Shown one piece after another: positions 36,701-49,600 of a stretch of DNA of 64,000 nt. The notes under the pieces were generated by a model, which made no database searches, was not told where the DNA came from, and was given only the letters and a program-made list of their open reading frames with translations. The DNA lies in assembly GCA_050084985.1 (NCBI GenBank), contig JBITNC010000001.1, positions 116,312,001-116,376,000 of the forward strand. The letters are read 5' to 3'. This DNA is from Nageia nagi (lineage: Eukaryota; Plantae; Pinophyta). Position 1 is the stretch's first letter, and every line of letters begins with the position of its first letter. The position numbers were made by a program, and so were the translations under genes.

Positions 36701-39700
36701 TCTGCACTGTGTCTTCCACCCAACCTCACCTCTCATGCAACCATTTCTTGCCATGGTCGTTTCTTTGGCACCACAACTTTGTCCTCTGCTTGCTGCCAGA
36801 CCTTGCACCTCCCTCCGCTCGCTGTCAGACCTCTACTCTCACATAGTCGATTCTCCTTCGCTAAGTATCTTGAGCCATGCACCTATCTCAACTGGGTGGT
36901 TCTCCCTTCTTCACCATTTTTTTCCTCTATAATGTTGACTTTAAATCCTCGTGAGCCCTACGGACTATCCTTCTTCCCTGTTTCCTTTTTTAAGGCACTC
37001 CTAAATTCTGGTTGTTGCATTACTTACGAGGCATTTAATTTTTTTCTTTCTTACAAGTAACCCCTTCTTTTATCATGATATGCCTATTATGTGGAGTACA
37101 ATGAAAAAAAGGGGATCATTAAATTTTATGATAAATTTAATGCATCTAGGTGGAGTATGGGCTTTATATGTCCTTTTAAATGCATTAAGTGGAATAAGAC
37201 TTCACTTAAACATTTAATGTCTTACAAGTAATCATTTTTTCTTCCTAAAGTAAACCAAGTTTTTTGGGATTATAATTTTAAGTAAAAAAGGGGAATTTAT
37301 ATGAATTTTTTTTACTTAAAAGTTAAATTTTATGCATGTTTAAATACTTATTTGTTAAAATAATACATACTTATGCTTAGTGCATGCTTAGTATTTAATT
37401 TTTAAGTTAAATGCTTATATTTTTAAGTTAAATTTAATGCATTTAACTTAAAAATTATGGAATTAATGCTTATATTTAATATTTAATTTTTAAGTTAAAT
37501 GCTTATATTTTTAAGATACATGTTTATGACTTAAAAAAAGAGCATGTTGAGTATTTATCCTTTATGCAAAGTTAATTTATGCAAATTATAGAATTAATGA
37601 TCATTTTTTTTTTGTAAAGTTAACTTATGCAAAATATGGATCTATGAAAAGACATCATTTAGGGGTTAGTAAACAATACCCATTGGACTCTTAAGGTTCC
37701 ACGTTATGAATGGACGATGTTTATTTATGCTCTTTACTTCATGTTTCATCATTTGCTTTATTTACTTATGCAAAAATGCAAACATTGATATGAGCAACCC
37801 CCTAAAATGAACACATTTGCATGTACATTCTGTAACAACTTATTTGGGGAGCCATGAGATGAGGATAGGTGAACTAGAGCCTTTAAATCCGATAATCCAA
37901 GTGGTGAAAAGTTCATACTTCTCAGTTATCTCTGAGTCCTTTATTGGGTTGGACATAACTCTATTAAGTGGATAGGCATGTGTAGTAATACCATATGTTG
38001 GCACATCCATTCGAAGATTATTTTGATAACCTAAAAGGATAATTTGAAACCTAATCAAAATTAATAATTTAATCGATCTAATAAACATTAGAACCTCAGA
38101 AAATAGCTAGTACTTCTCCTTATGAGTATATTGCTACCTAAGGGGAACTAGTTGAGAATTGGTAGGACATGAACTCCTCTTATGTGGGTATCTAAGTGAA
38201 GGTCTAATTTTAGATAAGAAAAAAAGTCTTAATAATGTCACTCTACATCTACAGTTCTTGAGATGAAAAATGTATTTGGGTACATGGATTATTATTTGAA
38301 TTGTAAAATATTTGCACTTGTGAATCAAATCAAACATGTCTTTAATGTTAAATGTTATATGTATTATTTACTTGATTAAAACTTAACATTTAATGTTATT
38401 TATTGAAATCACATGCTTACTATTTCATATTCTTATGTAGCAAATGGGAAAATCATTTTTACCTAAACACATTCTTGATGGTTCTAACTTTGAGATTTGG
38501 GAACCATAGATGAGAGTTGAATTGCAAGCAAGAAAGTTTTGGCAAATAGTGAATAAAAACTTTGTACCTTCTATAGATGAGAAGACATTAGAGGCTTACA
38601 ACATAAAGAATGAGTTGGTAACCTTCAATATTTACTATGTAGTTTCAAATGATGTGCTCCTGATGATTTCCTTTTCAACCTCGATAAAAGCATGGGATAA
38701 GCTTAAGTAAATCTATCTTAGTTCAAACTTTTCAAGAAGGTTTACCATTCTTTAAAAGTTGCTTCAATCTTGTTAAGGAGAAGATAAAAATATGGTTATC
38801 TACTTGAATAAAATCATTGATTTAAAGACCTAACTTGTTGCTTGTAGATGTAATTAGATCAATAATGAGTTCATGGTCTTCATCATTCTTCAAAGCCTTT
38901 CTTCAAAGTTTAAAAACTTTGTAATAGTTATGAAAATAAGGCTTGATGATGAAGAAGTCTTTTCCTTTGAGAACCTTTCTAAGCACCTATTGAATCATGA
39001 GGAAACCTTTAATAATAAGATGCTGATTTTTTTCCTAAGGATAATAACATTGCTCTTGGAGCAACCAAAACTTCTTTCAAGAAGAAGTTCAACCATCAAA
39101 AGAAATCTTATCTTTCATCCTTCAAAAGGTTTAAGAAAAGAGGTAATGGCTACAACAGCAACAAGAATAACAGAAACAACAACCATAACAGCAAGATCAA
39201 TGGTAACAACAACCACTTCAAGCAAAGAGATGGAAAAGGCAAAGCAAACAATCCATATCTTAAAAAAAAGTTTGATGGTAATTATAACTATTATAGCATT
39301 CAAGATCATAAAAAAGTTGATTGCTACAAAAAAAGAGAAGAAAAGAATAAAAGTAATAGAAATATAAAGAACTAGAAAGGAAAGAAGAATATTTATGCTA
39401 GTTTTGCTACAATGCTCTACTCCATGTCTCACTCTTTTTCATATGAATGGATTATTGATTCTGGTTGCACTAATCATCTATGCTTTGAAAAGGAAAAGTT
39501 TGAAATCTTTTACAAGTATAGAAAAGATGTGGTTGTGATAGGTGATAACTCCACCCTTGAAATTCAAAAAATTAGGAGTGTGTTAATTCACAGAAAGGTT
39601 CTTAAAAATATTCTTTATGTTCCTAAGTTAAAAATGAATCTTCTCTTTGTGATCCAAGTTGCTAAAAAAATGCACTCTTTTGAATTTAACTCTCAATCTT

Positions 39701-42533
39701 GGTGCATTAAAAAAAGATTTACCATTTTGGTTAAAGAATCTATGAAAGATAACCTCTACATTATGAATCAAGTTTCATCAAAGATGTGTTTTGCTTCTAA
39801 TATGTATTCTAAAGGTAATCTTTGGCACCATCATTTAGGGTATCTTAACCATAAGAGTATTTAAATCATGAAAGATAAAAAATTTATAGAAGGTTTGCTT
39901 TCAATTTCTCCTTTAATTGGTCTATGCGAGAAGTGCATTCTTGGTAAGATGCATAAACAAAAATTTAAAAAAGATAAGGCAACAAGAGCATCTCAACCTC
40001 TTCAACTTGTGCATTCAGATTTGATGGGTCCATTTCAAACTAAGTTGTTTGAAGGAGCATTTTACATCTTGGCCTTCATTATTGACTTTAGTTAGATGAC
40101 CTTTGGGTATCTACTTGAGCATAAGGACCAAATCTTTAAGAGTTTTAAGATTTTTAAGACCTTTGTTGAAAATCAAATTAACCTTAAAATCAAAATGTTG
40201 AGATCAGATAATGGGAGAGAATATAACAATAATGAGTTCAATGACTATTGTGCTAAGTATGAAATCAAGAGGTAGTTTACAATTCTATACACTCCTCAAT
40301 AAAATAGTATTATTGAAAGAAAAAATAAAATAATTATAAAGATGGCTAGATGCATGTTGGGTAATTTTTCTAAATTCTTGTGGGGTGAAACTATGAGCAC
40401 TGCTATTTACATTTTGAATAGGTTTCTCATAAAAGTAGTTCAAAGTAAAGCTCCTTTTGAAACATGGTCAGAAAGAAAACCTAACATTTTTCACCTTAGG
40501 GTATTTAGTTATGAAGCATTTTCCTACATTATTTCTGAGAAAAAGAAGAAGTTAGATAAAAGAGCTAAAAAATACATCTTTATGGGTTATGATAGTCAGC
40601 ATAGAGGTTACAAGCTCTACTCTCCAACCTATAAAGTAGTGTTCATTTCAAGGGATGTAAAGTTCAATGAACTTCCTGAAGAATTTACTTCTAATGAAGA
40701 TGTTGATGATCCAAAGGACTCTTCAGTTGCTCTTAGTTGGTTGGATATTGATGTAGATAAGGCACTTTAAGAATAAAATTCTTCAACACAAGGGGTAATA
40801 AGGAACATGACCTTGAACAAATTCTTAATTACCAAGATTGATAATAAGCATGAGCCCTCAACCTTTAAAGAAGCTTCTAAGCATGAGTACTGGATGGAAG
40901 CCATGAAAGTGGAGTATGAGGTGCTTATGAAAAATAAAATTTAAGAATTGGTTCCTTATCTCAATGAGAAGAATACGATTGGTAATAAGTGGATCTACAA
41001 GATCAAGTTCAATTCAGTTAGAGATATTAAGAAATACAAGGTAAGGTTAGTAGCTAAAGGTTTTGCTTAAAAATACGATATAGATTATGAGAAAACCTTT
41101 GCTCCTATGGTAAATATGCCTACTATGAGAGTTATCCTTACTCTTTCTATAACTCAAAGATGAAAAGTTTTTCAAATTGACGTTAAAAGTGCATTTCTCA
41201 ATGGTGACTTAGATGTAAAAATCTTTATGAATCAACTAGAAAGATTTACTATAGAAGGTAAAGAGTCCTTTATATGCAAGTTACAAAAGTCATTGTATGG
41301 ACTTAAGCAAGCATCTTGAGCCTAGTACAAAAAGATTTTAGGGTATTTTGTAGACATTAGTTTCTCTAAGTGTTTTTTTGACTCTGATCTATATATGCTC
41401 AATTAGGGAAAAGATGTGGTTTTGATTCTTCTTTATATGGATGATCTTTTGATTACTGAAAATAATGATGAAATCATTCAAGAGTGCATATCCAAACTTA
41501 AGGTAACATTTGAAATGACTGATCTTGATCTCTTGCACTACTATCTTAGAATGCAAGTGTATCAATACAAAGATTATACTTACCTTAGTTAATCTAAATA
41601 TATATTAGACATCTTACAGAAGTTTGAAATAGCGAAGTGTAGATATGTTGCAATACTAGTCTCTTCTAAAATCACTATTTTTTTAAGCTCTAACTCTTAG
41701 TTAGCTAATGCTATAGCTTACAGGTAATTAATTGGTAGTCTTTTGTATTTGACTATATCTAGGCCAGATATTACCTTTGTAATAAATTTGATGGCATAAT
41801 TCATACAAAAATTTTATGTTGAGCATCTCAATGCTATTAAGCAAATCTTAAGGTATGTTGCAGAAACTAAGGATCTTGCTCTCAAGTATTTCACATTACC
41901 CTCATTTGTTCTCTTTAGATTTTCAAATTTTGATTATGGGAGAGATAGAGATGATAGGAAGTCAACCTTTGCGTATGTGTTTAGCATTGATTTAGGTGCT
42001 ATCTCTTGGGCTTTCAAAAAGCAATCTACTATTTTTCTTTCTACCATAGAAGCTAAATATCATACCATATCTGTTGCAGCCCAAGAAGCCATTTGGCTAC
42101 GACATCTTTTGAAAAAAATTAGGTATGAGCAAGGTGGATCATCTTTGATCTCTTTAGATAATCAATTGGCTATTTCTTTGGCTAAGAATCCTATGTTCTA
42201 TCAGAGAATAAAATATGTGAAAATTTATGCCCATTTTATTAGGGAGAAGGTTCTTGATGGCATCATACACCTGGAGTATTGTCCATCCACCTTGAACTTC
42301 GCTAATTTGTTCACTAAACCCCTCCCAAAAGCTTAATTCTGTAAGCTTAAGGATGATATCGAGTTGATAAAGTTGCTTTCAAGGGTGAGTGAAGTTTGAA
42401 TTCTTATGTTGAATTCATGTTTGTGATGACAACTTCACCCCTAGGAGGATTTAATGCTATATAGTGTTGATTATATTGTACACCTTTATGGTAAGTTCGC
42501 TTTGCGTGAAGAACTTGTACAAATTATCCTATC

Positions 42534-42745
42534 TAGCACTATTCAGTTATCCATTTGTGATGAATTCTTATGTATCTTTTGGCACTCTTCAGTTATCCAT
42601 ATGTAAGGAACTCATATGTGCATACTCTATTTTTTATCAATCTAGCACTATTCAGTTATCCATATGTGAGGAACTCTTATATATATTTTGGCATTATTTA
42701 GTTATCCATATGTGAGAAACTCGTATGTGCATACTCTATTTTGTA
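42534..42745. repeat. Tandem sub-repeats in the copia 3' untranslated region
   Basis: GCACTATTCAGTTATCCATATGTGAGGAACTC-like unit x4, in a higher-order ~110-bp pairing. Confidence 0.8.
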
Positions 42746-45700
42746 ATGATAATCAACACATATTTTATATACAGTAGGTGACTATAAGTTTTTTAGCATG
42801 GCATCTTTGTAATGACTTATAGTGCACCATTGATCAGTTCATGATGGCATTTGTGTGATTCATCTATCCTTGTTGATATTAATATAATGCATCTAATTGA
42901 TCTTATTATTTGAATTGCTTATAACTTGCAAGTTCCTTTGAGATTGCAAGTTACTTACCTTAGGTATGCAAGCTCTTGGAGACTCTTCATGACTTTTAGT
43001 TAGATGACTACTTCATGTACATTGAAACCGATTATAGTTAATGATTGTATTTGGCAAAGTAGTGAGTCTTAAACTAGATCTTTATTACTTCATAAATATG
43101 TAAAAGTTCTCATCTCCATTGTATCTATTTGGAAGAGAACTCTCTTACTTTCTCTTCTTTTATCTTACTCACTCTATCCCAATATTGCATTAAGAAGGAG
43201 TGTTGGAATGTATAATGCATTATTGTAAAAGTTTTTATTAAATCTTCTATGTAAATTCACTAATACTTAAGGGTATCATTTGATAGCTTAAGTATTTAAG
43301 TGAATATGATAATGTAACTTGTCCTACACTTCATGTCATGAGCATACCCCTTAGGTAAAAGGATGTGCATGTCATGCTTTTGTACATTGGATAAAAGGGT
43401 GATCCAAAGAGAGATTTTGATCTATAAATAGAAATCTCCCTCTTTGTGATTACATACCAATTGTGGAGTAAATTTATGCTATAGGATAGTGGTTAAAAGA
43501 AAAGATTAGAAGGATTGTAAGAGAGTTGTATTTGTGATTGAAGTAAAGATCTAGTTAATGGATGTACTCTTAGTTAAAGGAACCACTTACATCTTGTGTT
43601 GTGAGATTGCTTTGTAAGTTTTTTAGATGTAATTGTGAGCTTTCATGTGATCTTAGTTATTTAAGAATTATTTAATTAGTATTAGTTCCTTCAATATCGA
43701 TACTTTATTGTGATCTTATTTATGGCTCTACTATCCACACACATCTACCATGAACCATCTTTCTTTGGGTTTAGCAATGTTGGAGTCGCACATGAACTCA
43801 TACTCTCCCTGACTAAGCCTTCCTTTATCAACTCTGTCACTCACCTACTCAACTTTGCATTCTATGTTGGGTTGGTTCAATCAATAAGCTACCTAATTTG
43901 GAAGTGCTGATCTTGGGATCAAATCCATGTGATGTTGTATATCTCTCTTTGGTGGTAACTCATCTAGCAACTCCTTTGGTGTGACATCTTCATATTCTTT
44001 TAGTAACTATACTACTACTATAGGTATAACCACTTCTTTTTCCTCTAGCTTTTTAGCTATTAAAGCATAACAGAAGCTAGCTTCCTTAATTGCTGCAAGA
44101 AACTCTTTTGTTGCCAACAAGCTCTTGCTCAATCCATTCTCCTTCAAAGGTACAAGAGCTATCTTGACACCATTCTTATAGAATGTGTGAGTATTATTTC
44201 TACCATTATGATAAAAATCCCTATCGTACTGCCAAGGTCTCCCCTACAAAATGTGACATGCATCCATTGGGATCACATCATACCACACTTCATCCTTGTA
44301 AGCTTTCCTAATTGAGAAGCTAACTAAACTCTTCTTATCAATGGTCACTATATTTTTTTTCTTAGTCCATGAAACATGATAGGGATTTGGATGTGTCTCA
44401 CATTTTAGATTTAATTTATCAACCATTATATTAGAGACCAAATTTTCACAACTACCCCCATTAATGACCATGTTACATACCTTTCTTCCTAAAGTGCTTC
44501 TATTGCGAAAAATATTATTACACAACCAAGAATCTACATCATCTCCTTCTTGCATGCTTACCTTCTCTGGAACAATAACAGTTCTCTTGATCATGAGAGT
44601 CTCACCCATATTTGTAGTAATTTTTGTCTTAGTCTCCTCATCTTCCTCAACTAGAGTGACCCTAGCTTGTCCCCTCTCTTTTGCATCATACTGAGGACAT
44701 TCAGATGCTTTATGACCTTCCTCTCCACATCTATAATAAATGAAGGGTTTCCATTATCCATTCCCTATCCTACCTCCACCATTACCTCTTCCTCTCTGAT
44801 ATCCTCTTCCTCTTTGTGAGGTATGCTTACCTTGTCCCGCCTGATCCTTCTTTTTGGCAAATGCTGACAATTCTCCTTTAGAGAAATTAGGTCCACCATG
44901 CCCTCAATTTGAAGAGGATGTTGATCCTTTCTTTCCCCCTTGATTAAACCTCTTAATCTTCTTAGCTCTTAGGCCATTTGGTATGCATCCTCTATAATAA
45001 GAGAATAATGCATACTTATCTCATATTGAATAGAGAAACTTAGGCCATTCACATACCTTGCAGCTCTCTGCTCATTTGTCTCATTATGATCCACCAAAAT
45101 GGATAATTTTTAGAACTCATTGGTGTAATATTCAACACTCTATTCTTTCTATCAAAGATTCTTGAATCTATGAAATAAGGTCTAGGAATAATCTACAAGA
45201 ATGAATTTCTCTTGTAACTTTTTCATCTTGGCCCAAGCCCTGATCTTCTCTTTTCCCTTCCTCTATTGTGAAGCTTGTGTATGGTACCACCAAATCAATG
45301 AATGCCCCTTTAACTTCATGCATGCAAGCTTCACTTTCTTATCCTCAGTTAGATTACCCTATTCAAAGTACCTCTCCATGTTATTTACCCAATTGATCAA
45401 CTCCTCTGGTTTCAACCCATCAACATAATTTGGAACCTCAATCTTGATCCCATCTCTATTTCCTCTTATCCCTTCTAAGGATTGGATTAGCCTATTTTCG
45501 AAGCATTCTCTTGCTTCTTCTAGATGTATTGGTTCTCCCTCCACCTCAACATCAAGTACATCTTCCCTAGACATGCTCTCACTGTTAGATCCAGGATTTA
45601 GGTGTGCATGGGTTCTTCTCTCCCCCATACAATTAATTGCACCAGTTAACCATGTTATTTCTACATGCAAATCCTCTATCTGCCTATTCATATGGGCATA

Positions 45701-46610
45701 AACACCTACTACACCCCTAGCTTATCTTCTAGGTAGCATCTTCCCTCCACTAGCAAGATCACACCTGCTCTAATACTAGATGATGTGAATGTAGCTGCAA
45801 GAGACCAATAAAATGGACTCTAATCACATAATGTATTACAATGGAAGAAACATGCAAACAATTCTCTTCTCATTCCTGAATTGACAATGATCTCCAAAGA
45901 GAATACAATCTAGGTTCATATAGAAACCTGCTAAAATTAAAAACTTGTTAAAAATAAAGAGTCAAATTACACTATCAAAATTGGCATTCCCCTTACAATA
46001 ATTAACCTTAATATAAAATATCTCAACTTAACTTACTGTAAAACAACAGATATTAAAGTCTAAACATGCAAAAAAACCTAAAAATATGGAGAATTGAAAG
46101 TAAATGTAAACTTTGAGAAGCTAGATGGCAGAATTAGGTCCTAAAAATATAATTTTTGGAGGGTTTGGTGGAACAAAGTTGAGCTAGATGCAAAACATGC
46201 ACATATTTTAAATTTCAAGGCAAACGGACATCACGGTCAAAAGTTATGGCCCTAGGAAGGTGCATTATGATCTTCGATGGAGGCATTCTATTTTGATACC
46301 TAGAAATATGACTTAAGAAAAATCATAGAACAATATGATCAACCTTACAAAAGTTATTAGCATTATAACATGTCAAAATTACTATCTTATGTAATTTAGA
46401 AGTGCATTTGCTTCATGCTATGTTGATATCTCGAATGAGTCTTTTGCTTTATATAAACTTGAGAAATTTAATTTTCAATTCACCTAAGTGCAATTACCAA
46501 AGCTGGTGTGTACATAGTATAATATTAAATTGGAATATGCCATTTAAGTTATTTTAGAATAGCCCCAAATGGAGCAAATTTTGATATTTTGCATAAATCA
46601 ACCAAAACAC

Positions 46611-49600
46611 TTTTGGAATTATACCCTACATATCCCTAAGTCCTAAGTTAATAGATTAATTAATTAGGATTAAGAGTATTTCCTAAAGTATTAATATTAG
46701 CTTGTGAGGAATATTTGGTCTATGTTGACCATATTCCATACTTAGCCTATTTGTTAGGATAGGCATCACTTATTGTCTTGTAGTTCACGTAGGTGTGCTA
46801 TTTGTGATATTTGTTATGGTGTGAGAATATTGCATCTCAACCATTTAGCTTGTCTTGTAATGGCTCACAAAGCCTATATATGTAACTCATTTTTATGAGT
46901 AATATAGAACATTATAGTTCTCTCAATTGGTATCAGAGCATAGTTGATTATTGGGTTAGAGTGGGTGAAGTCTTCAAGGATCTTATCAAGCTCCTCAAGG
47001 ACTGTCATCAGAGTTATTGAGCTTGTGGATGCATTGCAAAGAATTTATCAAATTCTTGCAAGTGTGTGATCCAAAGCCTCTGGAAACATTCTTGTTTCTA
47101 TGGAAGCAAAGAGCTGAGATCCAAAGCCTTAGTGTTGTGACGTTCCATTCCTGTCCATGTACGTGAAGGACAAAGTGAGCCCATGCACAGCAGAAAGGAG
47201 AGCCTATGTTGAGAAGAGACGGAGGTCCGAGAGGAAGTGAAGACCACGATCGCTGAAACGGCCATTATATCCGAACAGGTCCACGAGAGGAGAAGTCCCA
47301 TGTAGTACTGACCCGTACGGAGGAGGAAAACATTTCACACGGAGGAGAAACATTTCCTGTAGCTCGTGGAGAAACAGTGCATCAAAGCGTGAAGCGAGAA
47401 GCTCGAGGAGGAAACATTTCGTGGTCTATAGCTCGCGGGTGCGTGAAGCGAGAAGATGTAGAGGAGGTACAAACTGATCCGGAAAAGGAGATGTGCACGG
47501 AGGAGGAAATCCATATCTTTGGCATCCTAAATTTTTTTCTTATTTCTCTCATGCATTTCATGCCCTGCGCAAAGGAGGAGACATTTCATGTGCGTGAAGC
47601 AGAGGTGCATGAAGGAGCTGAAGTCGTAAGCATCCAGGTTTGCTCATCAGAGGGATCAAGTCCTGTGGAGGAGAGGGAGATGAGAAATCTCCATTGATGA
47701 AGCTTGTGGCCTGAAGATGTGTGAATTGATCTGGACTTGCATGGAGGAGGAGACATTACTGAAGGAAGGAGACGTACGTTGGAAAAAAGGGATCATGGAT
47801 CTACGTTGTGAGGAGACATGCGTGAAGGCAGAGCGAAGGAGGAGACGTGGATGCCCAGGGCAACATATTACCAGTTTTTGTGGATGCCCAGGGCAACATC
47901 GCCTTCGATGCCATCGTAAAACAGAATGAAAATGCACTAAAAATAGTCTATTCCCAGCACAAAGATATGGTCCCCAAGCTGGATATTGAAATCCTAGATA
48001 AGAGCGAAGATGAGTTAGAGAAAGAAATCGAAGAAATGACTCAGAGGATGAAGTCTGCGCTGGAGAAAATTATGCATGTGAAGATTTCTCGGATGGCAAG
48101 CTCGCGCGAAGAGTTACGTGAAGAGGCTACGTGAAGAGTCACATGCTGTGAGAGATTGTTGGTGAAAGGTGCCCTCGGCCTGAAGGAGGTGCGTTGCTTT
48201 ACATACTCTGAAGGAGTCCATGTTAAAAAAAAACAAGAGAAGCCTGTGTTGCAGACTGAGAGACTAAGAGGACCTGTGTCTGTGTGGAGAAACAGTGAGA
48301 GAAGCTATTAGTGTAAAAAAAGTGACTATTTTTTTTCTGCTGTTATTATTCTGCAGCACTATGTAAAACCAGAGAGTGTGTATTTTTTGCAATTTTTTGC
48401 ATTTAAGAACTGAAGAATGGCTTCAAATAGTAACTGAGGATTTATTAAACCTGCACAAATGGAAATGGACACCATGTATGAAAACTTGGAGGTGCCCAAG
48501 TTTGATGGACAAAATTATGCTTAGTGGAGCATAATAATGAAGACCTTGGTCAAGGCTAAGGACCTTTGGAGCATTATAGAAGATGGGTATGATGAACCTC
48601 CATCTTGGAAGTCTCTTGAAGGAGAGGAGAAAAAAGAAAAGAAGGAAAAGCAATATCAAAACTGCTTAGCTCTCATGGACTTGAGAAAAGCCATGAAAGA
48701 AAATGTTTTTCCCATCATTGCTAATTGTAAATCAGCTACAATAGCTTGGAAAGCATTGAAAGATTCTTTTGAAGACACATATGATGAAAACTATGAAGGA
48801 GAATTCCTTGGAGAGGAATTAGATTGGCCTTGTGATGATCCATGTCTTATGGAGGAGACATTTGAAGAGTGTTCATTGAGGACACCAATCCAGCCATATG
48901 AAGAGTGCTCCATGGTGGAGGCACAAACTAAAGAAATCATTCTCATGGAGGAGAATGAAGAGGAGTCAACCCAATGTTGGCAAGAGTTCTTTTTTGATAA
49001 AGAACAAGATGAAGACACCCTTGAGGAGGAGTGTTCCATGGCTGAAAACCATTCACATGGAGTGAATGAAGACAAGGCTCAAATCATATGTGATGATGAT
49101 TCCATTGCTCAAGTTGATGGTGAAGACACCTAATGTGAAGATCACCAAGAAGAACTCTCAAAGAGGAGAGTGTATGTGAGAATCTTCTTCTTGTTGAGAA
49201 GAGAGGAGAAGATGAGGAATGCTTCATGGAGGAGGCACATGATGATTGTCTTATGAAGACAATATGGGATGATGATCTTAGAGAGGTCATTGATGAAGAA
49301 GAAATGGAGGCTATAAACTCCATGTTCATGCAAGAAGATCACTCACCAAGAGTGAATGACAAAGTATATCTCAAGGAGGAGAGAAAAAATAGTGAGATAA
49401 TACTTTGTGAAGAAGAAAAAAGCACAAAGGAGATCACCATTGGAGGTGAAAGATATTTTTATACTAATGATTTGTTTTGTGAAAACAGGTTGAAGAATCC
49501 TCAAGTTGAAATAACTTTGGAGGAAACATGGCATGAAGATGATTTCATGGAAGAAACCTTGAAGGATAGTCTTCTTGTGATGAAGACAATGATGAAGATT

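Larger units (their letters stand above)
35004..43693 (+). mobile_element. Full-length degenerate Ty1/copia: 493-bp LTRs (35004-35496, 43201-43693), gag-pol at about 38444-42400, TSD GTATC/ATATC
   Basis: PBS TGGTATTAGAGC at 35500 and PPT AAGAAGGAG. Order is PR (WIIDSGCTNH), INT (VHSDLMGP), RT (DVKSAFLNG, YMDD) then RH. The host gypsy RT reads NKITIKYRY|PMPRVDD across it. Confidence 0.95.
31943..46267 (-). mobile_element. CRM-clade-like Ty3/gypsy (about 5.6 kb net), LTRs 31943-32464 and 45781-46267, RT interrupted by a copia element
   Basis: TGATG...CATCA termini. PBS rc at 45767-45778. Gag (about 45739-44700), PR (KVCNMVINGGSCENLVS..HPNPY), RT, RH (EFYAIVQALQHWRHYL), INT (SVDFVLGLP..VVDRFSKMAHF) and a chromodomain-like tail (QYLIQWEG). 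No clean TSD found. Confidence 0.9.

Noticed and set aside
4711-46939. TGGTATCAGAGC matches as tRNA genes
   Set aside because: Only 11-12 nt complementary to the tRNA-iMet 3' end and always next to an LTR, so these are primer-binding sites.
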